From an uncultured Nitrospiraceae bacterium (lineage in GTDB: Bacteria; Nitrospirota; Nitrospiria; Nitrospirales; Nitrospiraceae): 64,000 nt of DNA. Made by a program: the position numbers and the translations under genes. The notes beneath the pieces were generated by a model that searched no databases, was not told the origin of the DNA, and was given only the letters and a program-made list of their open reading frames with translations. Below, piece by piece: positions 31,943 through 41,465 of this stretch; position 1 is the first letter of the stretch, and each line of letters begins with the position of its first letter. The stretch covers positions 384,001 through 448,000 of the forward strand of contig CAVSTP010000003.1 in NCBI GenBank assembly GCA_963730935.1, read 5' to 3'.

Positions 31943-32263
31943 CTAGTGCGGCTTCTTCAGTTGATTGATCAGGAGATCTAGGCGGTCTCGATAGTGATCG
32001 GCGACGGTGTGAAATTCGATCCCGATGCCTTCAGCCCCAGACCACCGAACCTTGGCGTCATGAATGACGATGGGAATGTCCTCTCCAGGAGGGAACAGAA
32101 AGAGAGCGATATTCATGCCTGGAACGACCTGAACCGTGTTTTCAATCCGACAACCATTTCGGGAAAGATCCACCGATCGGATGGCATCCGGCCCCCATTG
32201 GTCATAGGCAAAGAGGGCTCCTGACAGGGAGACAGGAAATCGCTGATGGCTGCGCTCGACCAT
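31943..32263 (-). CDS. PilZ domain protein
   Basis: RSHQR and DLSRNG c-di-GMP motifs; VRW..GIEF. Confidence 0.85.
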   Translation of the reverse strand: MVERSHQRFPVSLSGALFAYDQWGPDAIRSVDLSRNGCRIENTVQVVPGMNIALFLFPPGEDIPIVIHDAKVRWSGAEGIGIEFHTVADHYRDRLDLLINQLKKPH

Positions 32264-32481
32264 GACCTCGGGAACATTGCAGATGCAATGCCGCCAGGAG
32301 CAGCGCGGTTTCCCAATATTTTGAAGTGTTCGGTCGAGGAAAGGAGTTAAGCCAAACTCTTTTGCACATCAGTGAAGGGGATGTAGTACACGGGCTTCCA
32401 TCAGGAAGACAGGTGTCGACACAAATAGACGCTGAGGTGTGGAACGTGCAGCGGAGAACGGTTCTGACAGGAGGGTGAACG

Positions 32482-32550
32482 ATGATAGCCGGCATCTATG
32501 CTAGAAAGTCTACCGAGCAAAACCGGCCTGGGCGTTGAAGGTGAAGTCCT
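32482..32550 (+). pseudogene. N-terminal remnant of a serine recombinase
   Basis: ATG ATA GCC GGC ATC TAT GCT AGA AAG TCT ACC GAG CAA = MIAGIYARKSTEQ (YARxS catalytic motif) after AGGAGG; stop at 32536-32538. Confidence 0.65.
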
Positions 32551-33516
32551 CCGGCTGCTTCGCGATCACACAATCGCTCCCGACCACCACAAATTGCAGG
32601 GCAGTTACAAGAAATTGCGCTTACCGCCTAAACATAATCCCAATAGTCTGAATAGCCCTTTTATGGCGAAGGCCGTTTGATGCACTAAACATTCGGGAGG
32701 AAGGAAGAACTGCTCAAAGTATATGCTGTTGCGGTGCCGGTAGAAAGCGACCCACATGGTTGGTGCGTCTAGGTGTGGGCGTCGGTGCGGCTGTTGATGC
32801 GGTAAGTCGCTAGTGCTGAGGAGGAACTTCGGTCGAGATGTCCTGCTCGTCAGATACGCACCTGTATTCTGTGCGTCCACAAGAAATACAATGCCACAAT
32901 GTCATCAGCCTAATTGTTAACTCTTCCTCGGACATCGGACCACCACAGCGTTCACACTTCATTTTGAGGAATGTACGCTAGTGCCGAATCGGTCGAGTAG
33001 TATACGAAGGGGGGGTAAGCGATGCGATTTGGGTTGTGGCGTTGGACCGGCTGTTGATTAAATAGCCGCATTCGTCGGCGGCAGGATTGAATCCGCGAAA
33101 CCGATAGGCATCTGCGCGTGTAATTCCGGACATCGGAGCGAGGAGTAAACACACTATTCGTAGATCCGACGTGCGTACTAACAAGAACTGAGAAGGATTA
33201 TTTTAGAAATAGTGAGATAGGAGGGCAACATCAAACCGTACGGAATGCGCCACGTAGCTAATTACCCTCATGCTGTATCCTGTTGTGCAGAAGAAGCAGT
33301 TAGAGACGTTTTGCTACAAAATTATTAGGGCCATTCATCCCTATTGCAACCGATTCCATCGAATCCTACTATATGCCCCCTAATTGACTTCTTTGCTAAC
33401 CACGATGCCAGGTAAAAGCCACCACCGTTACCTGTCGAGTCCCTCCCAGAGTGATCCTCCCGCTACTTCCCTCTAATCGTACGAGCCCTCTCTTAGCTCT
33501 TGTCGTGTAAAGAGTT

Positions 33517-33726
33517 TTGTTTTTGAAAGGAGGATTGATTATGGCATTGCTAGGTGCTGTCTCTATCACGGCGGCAGTAGGATTCGCTGATCTCGCGGCC
33601 GGTGGCGCGGGGATTGCGAGAGCTCTTTTCTATTTCTTTGCAATTGTGTGCATTGGCTTGTTGCTCTACCAATTCTTGACTTTCACGCCAAGGTTACGTG
33701 CATCTCTTGATGCAGGTGATGACTGA
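33517..33726 (+). CDS. DUF1328-like small membrane protein
   Basis: AAVGFADLAAGGAGIARALFYFF resembles the DUF1328/YtjA pattern. Confidence 0.6.
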   Translation: MFLKGGLIMALLGAVSITAAVGFADLAAGGAGIARALFYFFAIVCIGLLLYQFLTFTPRLRASLDAGDD

Positions 33727-33910
33727 CCTCGGCGAAGACTTAGTATCACCAGTTCATCTTCGTCCTTTAACTTTACCGCCGCGCGTACCAGAGTGGCGAA
33801 TGGCTCAGCTTGCAAAACCATATTCTAGGCTGGGCGTTCATCTATTAAGCATTTAGAATCCCATTACAGAGAAATTGTAATGGTCTGGCATGGCGTCGGA
33901 ATCGATCTCG

Positions 33911-34050
33911 TCATGGATCTCCCTCCGTTTTCGTGAATCCTTTGCGAGCCATCTGTTCGTCAATGGCTACCACAATCTCGCGATCCAGGTTTGGGTTCTT
34001 TGCCGGCATACCCTGTCCCCATCCATAGGTGCGGTAGCGGTAGGAGTCCG
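33911..34050 (-). pseudogene. DUF4136-like fragment
   Basis: YRTYGWGQGMPAKNPNLDREIVVAIDEQMARKGFTKTEGDP* with no signal peptide or C-terminal half. Confidence 0.45.
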
Positions 34051-34304
34051 GGCTCTTGCGCGCATTGGGAGACAGCCTACGCATTGTAAAGCGAGGCGCG
34101 TCGCGCGATTGCAAGAACTCTTTCCTCTGGCATCAGCAGAATAATGGTTCTGGCAACTTTCTGTCCTCTGTCCTCAGTACCGATTGCCAGGAGGATGAAG
34201 CTCTGGTGGTCGGAAGGAGCAGATGAGTCTCAGCGGGTTAGCAGAAGGAAACTTCTTTCGCCATCATGCCGACAAGGAGTCTAACCAGGCCACAGGGCAG
34301 GATC

Positions 34305-36053
34305 TCAGCGCTTGATCTTCAACTCGATCAACTTGCTAGCTGTTTGCGGCGTCGGTGTCGACGAATCCCGCACCGTGAAGGTCAGGTTATAGTTTCCGTC
34401 CGTGTCTTTCGCTGGTTTGCCGGTGATCTGACCCGTCGACGCATTCAGGCTGAGACCGCTCGGCAGCGGCGGTGTGACCGACCACGTAAAGGGCGCGACA
34501 CCTCCCGAGCGTTGCAACGTTCTATTGTAGTTCTTATCGACTTCGGCATCTGGTAAGTTGTTTGTCGTGATCGCCAGGGCCGCACTGACGGCGATCGAGA
34601 GCGCCTGCGTGTCGGACTGATTCAAGCTGTCTGTGACTCGTACTGTGAAATTCGCGGTGCCTGCATTGGTCGGAGTGCCTGAAATCACACCAGCCGAGCT
34701 CAGGTCAACCATCGCCGGGAGCGATCCACCGGAGAGACTCCAGACGAGTGTCCCGGTACCTCCCGTCGCTTGCAGCGTCTGACTATAGGCTCGGCCGACT
34801 GTTCCTCCTGGGAGCGTGGTGGTCGTGATGTTCGGCGGAGCGGGGAGGTTGCTCGTGATCGATAGAGGTTGCGTGTCCGATTGCCCGCCTGCGTCTTGCA
34901 CTCGGATGGTAAATGACGACGTGCCTGCCGGCACAGTCGGCGTTCCTGAAATCACGCCGGCCGTTTGATTCAAACTCAGGCCCGCTGGCAGTGCCCCTGC
35001 GCTAATGCTCCACGTCAGCGCTCCCGTCCCTCCCGTAGCGTGTAACGTCTGGTTATAGGTTTGACTGATCGTTCCTGCTGGGAGTGTGGTGGTCGTGATA
35101 TTCGGCGGTGTCGGTGGTGGGGCTGGTTGGTTGATGGTAATCGACAGCGCTTGGGTATCCGCGAGTCCGCTTGCGTCCTGAACCCGGACGGTAAATGACG
35201 ATGAGCCTGCCGCAGTCGGCATTCCTGAAATCGCGCCGTTGATCGGATTGATAACCAGCCCCTGAGGCAGTGCCCCTGCGGAGATGCTCCAGGTCAGCGC
35301 TCCCGTCCCCCCGGTCGCCTGCACGGCTTGGCTATAGGCTTGACCGACGGTTCCTCCTGAGAGGCTGGTCGTCGTGATATTCGGCGGGTTCGGTGGGGGC
35401 GCGGGTTGGTTGATCGTAATCGACAGCGCTTGCGTGTCCGATTGTCCGCGCGCGTCTGCCACTCGGATGGTAAACGACGAGCTGCCTGCCGCAGTGGGTG
35501 TTCCTGAAATCGCACCCGTCGCCGGATCCAAATTGAGCCCTGACGGGAGCGTCCCGGTCCCTGCGACGATGTTCCAGGTCAGGGGTGGGGTCCCGCCGCT
35601 CGCTTGTACAGGGCGGTTATAGGCTTGATTGACCGTCCCGTCAGGGAACGAAGTGGTGGTAATCGTCAGCACGGCCGGGGGCGGAACGACGGTTAAGCTG
35701 AGTGTTTGTTGGACGGTTTGCGAAGGGGCCGAGCTGTCGCGCAGTGTAAACGTGTGGGTCGTTGTTGCTACCGTCGTGGGGGTGCCGGTGATCGCACCGG
35801 TTGCTGTATCCAACGAGAGATTGCCAGGAAGCGCCGGCGAGACGGACCATGTGTAAGGGACCGCGCCTCCTGTACCGCTGACTGAAGGCGAATAGGCCTG
35901 GTTGACTTGTCCCTCGGGAAGTGCAGTGGTGGTGATCGCTAAGCTTCCAGGGGTCGGGCCGCTGTCGCCACCGCAGCCGGTCAACCCTAGGACGTAAACA
36001 CAAGAAAAGATGACCGCACAAAGAATATTGCCGAGTAAGTGTCCTCGCCTCAT
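34305..36053 (-). CDS. Putative Ig-repeat (He_PIG-like) lipoprotein, 6 domains
   Basis: Lipobox LTGC; repeats ITTT.LP.G.V...Y...A.GG...TWS...LP.GL.L....G.ISGTPT..G...FT. Confidence 0.88.
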   Translation of the reverse strand: MRRGHLLGNILCAVIFSCVYVLGLTGCGGDSGPTPGSLAITTTALPEGQVNQAYSPSVSGTGGAVPYTWSVSPALPGNLSLDTATGAITGTPTTVATTTHTFTLRDSSAPSQTVQQTLSLTVVPPPAVLTITTTSFPDGTVNQAYNRPVQASGGTPPLTWNIVAGTGTLPSGLNLDPATGAISGTPTAAGSSSFTIRVADARGQSDTQALSITINQPAPPPNPPNITTTSLSGGTVGQAYSQAVQATGGTGALTWSISAGALPQGLVINPINGAISGMPTAAGSSSFTVRVQDASGLADTQALSITINQPAPPPTPPNITTTTLPAGTISQTYNQTLHATGGTGALTWSISAGALPAGLSLNQTAGVISGTPTVPAGTSSFTIRVQDAGGQSDTQPLSITSNLPAPPNITTTTLPGGTVGRAYSQTLQATGGTGTLVWSLSGGSLPAMVDLSSAGVISGTPTNAGTANFTVRVTDSLNQSDTQALSIAVSAALAITTNNLPDAEVDKNYNRTLQRSGGVAPFTWSVTPPLPSGLSLNASTGQITGKPAKDTDGNYNLTFTVRDSSTPTPQTASKLIELKIKR

Positions 36054-36107
36054 CGAGATCTTTTCCTATTACGTCCGCAAAGGCTCCACATCAGATTGTT
36101 ACAAGCG

Positions 36108-36158
36108 ATTGTAATGAAACAACTGTTGGAAGGTCTCTACCACTTACGTATGGGGGGA
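36108..36158 (-). promoter_or_regulatory. Conserved upstream element and TACAAT -10-like box of Ig gene 34305-36053
   Basis: Plus strand ATTGTAA...AGGTCTCTACCACTTACGTATGGGGGG; counterpart at ~41395-41445. Confidence 0.5.
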
Positions 36159-36303
36159 AACGTCATATCCATGCCCCACCCCTAGATTGAACCCGCAAGC
36201 CGGAGAGAAGCATCAGTGTCACCTAACCGCGAGGCTTATATTTGAGGGAATCGTGGCAGATCAAGGAAGAAGTCGGAGTTGTTCAAGCGCGCAGGCTAGT
36301 CGC

Positions 36304-36867
36304 TCATTCAGATTTTATTGTGGGCTGCTCACAGCTAACACCCTGAGATGCTTTCAGCCCCTCGGGTAGAGCTATCGGCGTCCCACACGCGGCATCAATT
36401 TGATCTTCAGTGAGAAAGCTGGTGTTTTTGAAATTGGCGCCATCAATGTGTGCGTTCTCCAGATGGGTACCCAATAACATGGCCCCTTCAAAGTTCGCAT
36501 TCACCAACTTTGCGCGACTCAGATTTGCGCCAAATAGCATCGCATCTGTGAAATCTGCACCCTCCAGATCAGCGTCGCGTAGGTCAGTTCCAGCTAACAT
36601 CGCCCCGCGAAGATTTTCGCCTTTGAGATGCGCTTTTCTAAGCCGCTTGCCAGCGAGCATTTGCCCGGGAGGGACCGGAGGGTGTCTCGATTCCTCCTTC
36701 ACCTCAACTTCTACAATGTAAGGCTCGAGAGACTCATGCAAGCAACCGAGAGGCGCGGAGAGCACCATTATCAGCCCGCATGGACCCAAAAATCTCCTCG
36801 ACCTCTTCAACTGAAGCATGTCCAAGATCCCGGATATTTGCCTATTGGTGGCTGACGGCATGATCAT
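36304..36867 (-). CDS. Pentapeptide repeat protein, probably a lipoprotein
   Basis: A(D/N)Lxx repeats (AHLKG ENLRG AMLAG TDLRD ADLEG); start uncertain. Confidence 0.8.
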   Translation of the reverse strand: MIMPSATNRQISGILDMLQLKRSRRFLGPCGLIMVLSAPLGCLHESLEPYIVEVEVKEESRHPPVPPGQMLAGKRLRKAHLKGENLRGAMLAGTDLRDADLEGADFTDAMLFGANLSRAKLVNANFEGAMLLGTHLENAHIDGANFKNTSFLTEDQIDAACGTPIALPEGLKASQGVSCEQPTIKSE

Positions 36868-36939
36868 GAACCGTTGCCGTGCTTGGACGGTAGGGCGGCA
36901 ATCAAAAACACATCTTTCGGCCAGCTCATTGACAGGATC

Positions 36940-38655
36940 TCAGGGGGGGTTAATCAACAAACCAAGCTGCTTGTGGACTATCTGCGGCGTCGGTGCCGAA
37001 TCCTGCGCGGTGAAGGTAAGGGCAAAGGTGCCTTGCGACGTAGTGCCGGTAATCTCACCGGTCGCCTGGTTCAGGCTGAGACCGTTCGGCAGGGGCGGGT
37101 TGACCGACCAGCTCACAGGTGGGGTCCCTCCCGAGCTTTGCAAGGTTGTCGTGTAGAACTGGCCGTCGTTTGCATTTGGTAACGAATCTGTCGTGATCTC
37201 CAGGGCCGCGATGACGGTAATCGAGAGATCCTGCGTGTCGGACTGATTAAATGTGTCTGCGACTCGTACGGTGAAATTCGCGGGTCCTGCATTGGTCGGA
37301 GTGCCTGAAATCACACCACCCGGACTCAGGGAGAGCATCGCTGGGAGCGATCCACTAGCGAGAGTCCAGGTGCGTGCCCCTATGCCTCCCGTCGCTTGCA
37401 GCGTCTGACTATACGCTTGGCCGACTATTCCTGACTGGAGCGTGGTGGTCGTGATATTTGGCGCGTTGAACAGGCTGATGGTGATCGACAGCGCTTGTGT
37501 GTCACTTTGTCCGCCTGCGTCTTGAACCCGGATGGTGAACGACGCTTGGCCGGCCGGTAAAATCGGCGTTCCCGAAATCACGCCCGTCGATTGACTCAAA
37601 GTCAGACCTGCCGGGAGGGAGCCCTGGGAGATGCTAAAGTTCAGCGGTGCGATACCTCCATTGGTTTGGATAGTCTGGTTATACACCTGTCCGATACTTC
37701 CTGACGGAAGGGAGGTAGTGGTAATCGAGAGCGGGGTCACGTTGATCGAGAGGTCCTGCGTGTCATTTTGACCCACTGAGTCTGTGATCTTTACCGTGAA
37801 ATTGAAGGGTCCTCCACTGGTCGGAGTGCCTGAAATGGTTCCGCCTGTTGGCCCAGACGGATTGAGGTTGAGACCCGGTGGGAGCGATCCGGCAGAGATA
37901 CTCCAGGCAAGTGCTCCAATCCCTCCAGTTGACCGCACTCTTGCATTGTAGGGCTGACCTGCGGTGCCATCTGGCAGCGAGGTGGTCGTGATCTGAGGCG
38001 GAGTGGTCGGGATGACACGAACCGAGAGCGCTTTTGTATCTTGTTGCCCGCTTGTGTCTTGAACCCGGACCGTGAACGGGAAGGTGCCGGCTGGGGCAAT
38101 CGGTATTCCTGAGATGATGCCGGTGGTCGGATTCAGGCTGAGATTCTGGGGGAGAGTGCCTGTGCCTGGGAGGACAATGCTAAAGTTCAGGGCTCCGATA
38201 CCTCCAACGGTTTCGACAGGCTCGTTATAGGACGAGCTGATACTTGCGTCCGGAAGGGAGGTTGTAGTGATCGCGAGCGGTGGCTCGATGGTCAAGTTGA
38301 GCGGTTGTTCGACGGTTTGTGAAGGGGCCGAGCTGTCGCGCAGCGTAAACGTGTGTGTCGTCGTTGCCGCCGCCGTCGGTGTGCCGGTGATCGCACCGGT
38401 TGCCGCATCCAACGAGAGATTGCCAGGAAGTGCCGGCGAGACGGACCATGTGTAAGGGGGCGCGCCTCCCGAGCCGCTCATTGAAGCCGAATAGGGACGG
38501 TTGACTGTCTGCTCGGGAAGCGAGGTGGTGGTGATCGATAAACTGCCAGGGGTAGGGCCGCTGTCGCCACCGCAGCTGGTCAAGCCTAAGACGCTTAAAA
38601 CGGAAAGGATGACTGCACAAAAAATAGTACCGCTTGGGTTTCCGCGCACCATCAA
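36940..38655 (-). CDS. Putative Ig-repeat lipoprotein, 6 domains
   Basis: Lipobox LTSC + GGDSGPTPG; same repeat family. Confidence 0.88.
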   Translation of the reverse strand: MMVRGNPSGTIFCAVILSVLSVLGLTSCGGDSGPTPGSLSITTTSLPEQTVNRPYSASMSGSGGAPPYTWSVSPALPGNLSLDAATGAITGTPTAAATTTHTFTLRDSSAPSQTVEQPLNLTIEPPLAITTTSLPDASISSSYNEPVETVGGIGALNFSIVLPGTGTLPQNLSLNPTTGIISGIPIAPAGTFPFTVRVQDTSGQQDTKALSVRVIPTTPPQITTTSLPDGTAGQPYNARVRSTGGIGALAWSISAGSLPPGLNLNPSGPTGGTISGTPTSGGPFNFTVKITDSVGQNDTQDLSINVTPLSITTTSLPSGSIGQVYNQTIQTNGGIAPLNFSISQGSLPAGLTLSQSTGVISGTPILPAGQASFTIRVQDAGGQSDTQALSITISLFNAPNITTTTLQSGIVGQAYSQTLQATGGIGARTWTLASGSLPAMLSLSPGGVISGTPTNAGPANFTVRVADTFNQSDTQDLSITVIAALEITTDSLPNANDGQFYTTTLQSSGGTPPVSWSVNPPLPNGLSLNQATGEITGTTSQGTFALTFTAQDSAPTPQIVHKQLGLLINPP

Positions 38656-38966
38656 GAGCCTTTCGTTCTATGTGTCATTACTGATGAACGAATCTAGGGT
38701 CGCTCCCATTAAATCGGTCAAGCGAACGAGGCGCTACTAGGGTTTCCACCAGTCCCATTTGGCTCCCATACTTATATTGATGGCGGCGCACTTAGCGAGA
38801 CTCTAGGTGAAAAACGGCGAGGCGAGGCCAGCGTAAGCAGCGTATTAGCCATGGAACTTGAAACTGGAGGTTTCCGTCGATAAAGGAAATGGGACCTCTG
38901 TCTGTCAGGATGGGTGCTTAGTGCAAGGTGCTTCGAGGAACGTACGGCTGTCAGGGCGTCGCGCCC

Positions 38967-39036
38967 TCAGGGCGGGTCAATCGTCAAATTAAGCTGCTTG
39001 TTGGCTGTTTGCGGCGTCGGTGCTGGCCGAATCCTA
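38967..39036 (-). pseudogene. Orphan C-terminal fragment of an Ig-repeat gene
   Basis: Translates APTPQTANKQLNLTIDPP*, matching paralog ends SAPTPQIVHKQLGLLINPP* and STPTPQTASKL. Confidence 0.7.
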
Positions 39037-39072
39037 GTGCGGGGATGTAAGCAAGTCTTTCTATAGATTAGT

Positions 39073-41343
39073 TTATGGGTTGATCATGATCGATAGATCT
39101 TGCGTGTCTGATAGTCCTCCTGCGTCCTGAACCTGGACGGTAAATGACGCTAGGCCTGCCGCAGTGGGCGTTCCTGAAATCACGCCGGTCGGCGCATCTA
39201 AATTCAGGCCCGCTGGCAGCGTCCCCGTGGAGATACTCCAGGTCAGCGGTGCCGTCCCTCCGGTTGCCTGTAACGTCGTTGGACCGTAGGCCACATTGAG
39301 GGTTCCATCTGGGAGCGACGTGGTCGTGATATCAGGCGGGTTAGGTGGGGGCGCGGCAGCGTTGATCACGATCGACAGATCCTGCGTGTCAGTTTGACCC
39401 AACGTGTCAGTGACTCGTACGGTGAAATTCGAGGTTCCTGCGGTGGTCGGATTGCCTGAAATCACACCAGCCGGGCTTAGAGAGAACATCGCTGGGAGCG
39501 ATCCACCAGCGAGCGTCCAGGTGCGTGTCCCTACGCCTCCCGTTGCTTGTAGCGTCTGATCGTAGGCCTGGCCGACAGTTCCTGCCGGAAGCGATGTGGT
39601 CGTGATATCCGGTGGGTTAAGGAGGTTGATCGTGATCGACAGATCTTGTGTGTCACTTTGTCCGAATGCGTCTTGAACTCGGACAGTAAAATTCGATGTG
39701 CCTGCTGGCAGGATCGGCGTCCCTGCAATCGTGCCGGTCGTCCCACTCAAAGTTAGGCCCGGTGGCAGTGTCCCTCCGGAGATGCTCCAGGTCCGTGCCC
39801 CCGTCCCTCCGGTCGCTGCCACAGTCTGGCTATAGGCCTGACCGATGCTTCCACCGGGCAGCGAGGTCGTCGTGATATTTAGCGGAGGGGGTAGGTTGAT
39901 CGTGATCGACAGCGCCCGCGTGTCAGACTGACCCAACGAATCTGTGACCCTCACCGTGAAGGGGAAGGTTCCTTGAGTGGTTGGAGTGCCTGAAATGATT
40001 ACACTGGGTCCAGTTAGGGGAGCGATCGTGAGACCGGGTGGGAGCGATCCCACAGTGATACTCCAGGTAAGTGTGCCCATCCCTCCGGTTGCTTGCAATG
40101 GCTGATTGTAAAGCTGACTGACCGTGCCTGCCGGCAGCGAGGCCTGTACTATCTGTGGGGGGTTGTCTGTCCCAACGAGAATAGAAAGCGCTTGCGTATC
40201 ATTCTGTCCGAAAGTGTCTGCAACGCGGACGGTGAACGGGAAGCTGCCGGTTGCAGTCGGCGCTCCTGTGATCGTGCCGGTCGTCCCACTCAAAGTTAGG
40301 CCCGGTGGCAGTGTCCCTACGGAAATGCTCCAGGTCAGCGGTGCCGTCCCGGTCGCCAGCACAGCCTGGTTATAGGTCTGGCCGATGGTTCCAGCGGGCA
40401 GCGAGGTGGTCGTAATATTCGGCGGGCTGGGCAAGTTAACGGTAATCGAGAGAGCACGGGTGGCAAACTGCCCCAGGGTGTCTGTGACCCTCACCGTGAA
40501 GTTGAAGGTTCCTTGAGTGGTTGGAGTGCCTGAAATGATTACACTGGGTCCAGTTAGGGGAGCGATCGTGAGACCCGGTGGGAGCGATCCCACAGTGATA
40601 CTCCAGGTAAGTGTGCCAATGCCAGCGGTTGCCTGTACCGTCGTCGGACCGTAGGCCACATTGACTGTTCCACCAGGCAGCGAGGTGGTCGCAATTCCTG
40701 GCGGGCTCTGCGGGTCAATGCGAATCGAGAGAGCTCGCGTATCCTGTTGTCCACTTGTGTCTGCAACGCGGACAGTGAATGAGGAGTTGCCGGTTGCAGT
40801 CGCCGTTCCTGCGATCACACCGGTATTAGGATCCAGACTGAGACCCGCGGGAAGTGTGCCTGAGGTGATGCTAAAGGTCAGCGGTCCGAAACCACCAACG
40901 GTTTGAACAGGCTGGCCATAGACCGCGCCGATATTTCCGGCCGGCAGCGAGGTCGTCGTAATTGAGAGCGGGGGTTTGATTGTTAAGCTAAGAGATTGCT
41001 CTATTGTTTGGGGAGGGATTGAGGAATCTGCCAGGGTAAATGTATGCAAAGTGGTTCCCACCGTGCCTGATGTCCCGGTGATCGCGCCGCTTTGCGTGTT
41101 GAACGAAAGACCGGAAGGAAGCGCCGGTGTGACCGACCACAAGTACGGCAGCGTGCCTCCCGAACCACCCACTGAAGCCGAATAGGGTTGGTTGACTTGC
41201 CCCTCGGGAAGTGAGGTGGTGACGATCGCCAAACCTCCAGGGGTCGGGCCACTGTCACCACCGCAGCCGGTCAACCCTAAGATCGAAATACTAGAAAAAA
41301 TCACTGCACAAACAATATGACCGATGATGTTTCTACGCGTCAT
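39073..41343 (-). CDS. Putative Ig-repeat lipoprotein, 8 domains
   Basis: Lipobox LTGC + GGDSGPTPG; eight repeats. Confidence 0.88.
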   Translation of the reverse strand: MTRRNIIGHIVCAVIFSSISILGLTGCGGDSGPTPGGLAIVTTSLPEGQVNQPYSASVGGSGGTLPYLWSVTPALPSGLSFNTQSGAITGTSGTVGTTLHTFTLADSSIPPQTIEQSLSLTIKPPLSITTTSLPAGNIGAVYGQPVQTVGGFGPLTFSITSGTLPAGLSLDPNTGVIAGTATATGNSSFTVRVADTSGQQDTRALSIRIDPQSPPGIATTSLPGGTVNVAYGPTTVQATAGIGTLTWSITVGSLPPGLTIAPLTGPSVIISGTPTTQGTFNFTVRVTDTLGQFATRALSITVNLPSPPNITTTSLPAGTIGQTYNQAVLATGTAPLTWSISVGTLPPGLTLSGTTGTITGAPTATGSFPFTVRVADTFGQNDTQALSILVGTDNPPQIVQASLPAGTVSQLYNQPLQATGGMGTLTWSITVGSLPPGLTIAPLTGPSVIISGTPTTQGTFPFTVRVTDSLGQSDTRALSITINLPPPLNITTTSLPGGSIGQAYSQTVAATGGTGARTWSISGGTLPPGLTLSGTTGTIAGTPILPAGTSNFTVRVQDAFGQSDTQDLSITINLLNPPDITTTSLPAGTVGQAYDQTLQATGGVGTRTWTLAGGSLPAMFSLSPAGVISGNPTTAGTSNFTVRVTDTLGQTDTQDLSIVINAAAPPPNPPDITTTSLPDGTLNVAYGPTTLQATGGTAPLTWSISTGTLPAGLNLDAPTGVISGTPTAAGLASFTVQVQDAGGLSDTQDLSIMINP
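39941..40617. repeat. Near-identical intragenic direct repeat (39941-40077 and 40481-40617)
   Basis: TCTGTGACCCTCACCGTGAA...CTCCAGGTAAGTGTGCC recurs at 540-bp offset with few mismatches. Confidence 0.85.
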
Positions 41344-41394
41344 GAAGATCGTTTCCTGTTACATCCGGACAGAAGCATCCGGATCAGAAGAATC

Positions 41395-41445
41395 ATTGTA
41401 AGGCAGGAATTCCCGGAGGTCTCTACCCCTAAGGTATGGAGGGGA
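41395..41445 (-). promoter_or_regulatory. Conserved upstream element of Ig gene 39073-41343
   Basis: Plus strand ATTGTAA...AGGTCTCTACCCCTAAGGTATGGAGGGG. Confidence 0.5.
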
Positions 41446-41465
41446 GCGTATGTTTTTGACTCCAC

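Noticed and set aside
31500..33200. Short ORFs around the PilZ gene (31596-31802, 32605-32880, 32952-33184)
   Set aside because: No RBS or motif support; possibly decayed sequence that I cannot assign.
25249..41343. Diversity-generating retroelement or shufflon acting on the paralog arrays
   Set aside because: No reverse transcriptase, no adenine-specific template/variable repeat pair seen, no intact recombinase or inverted cassette sites.
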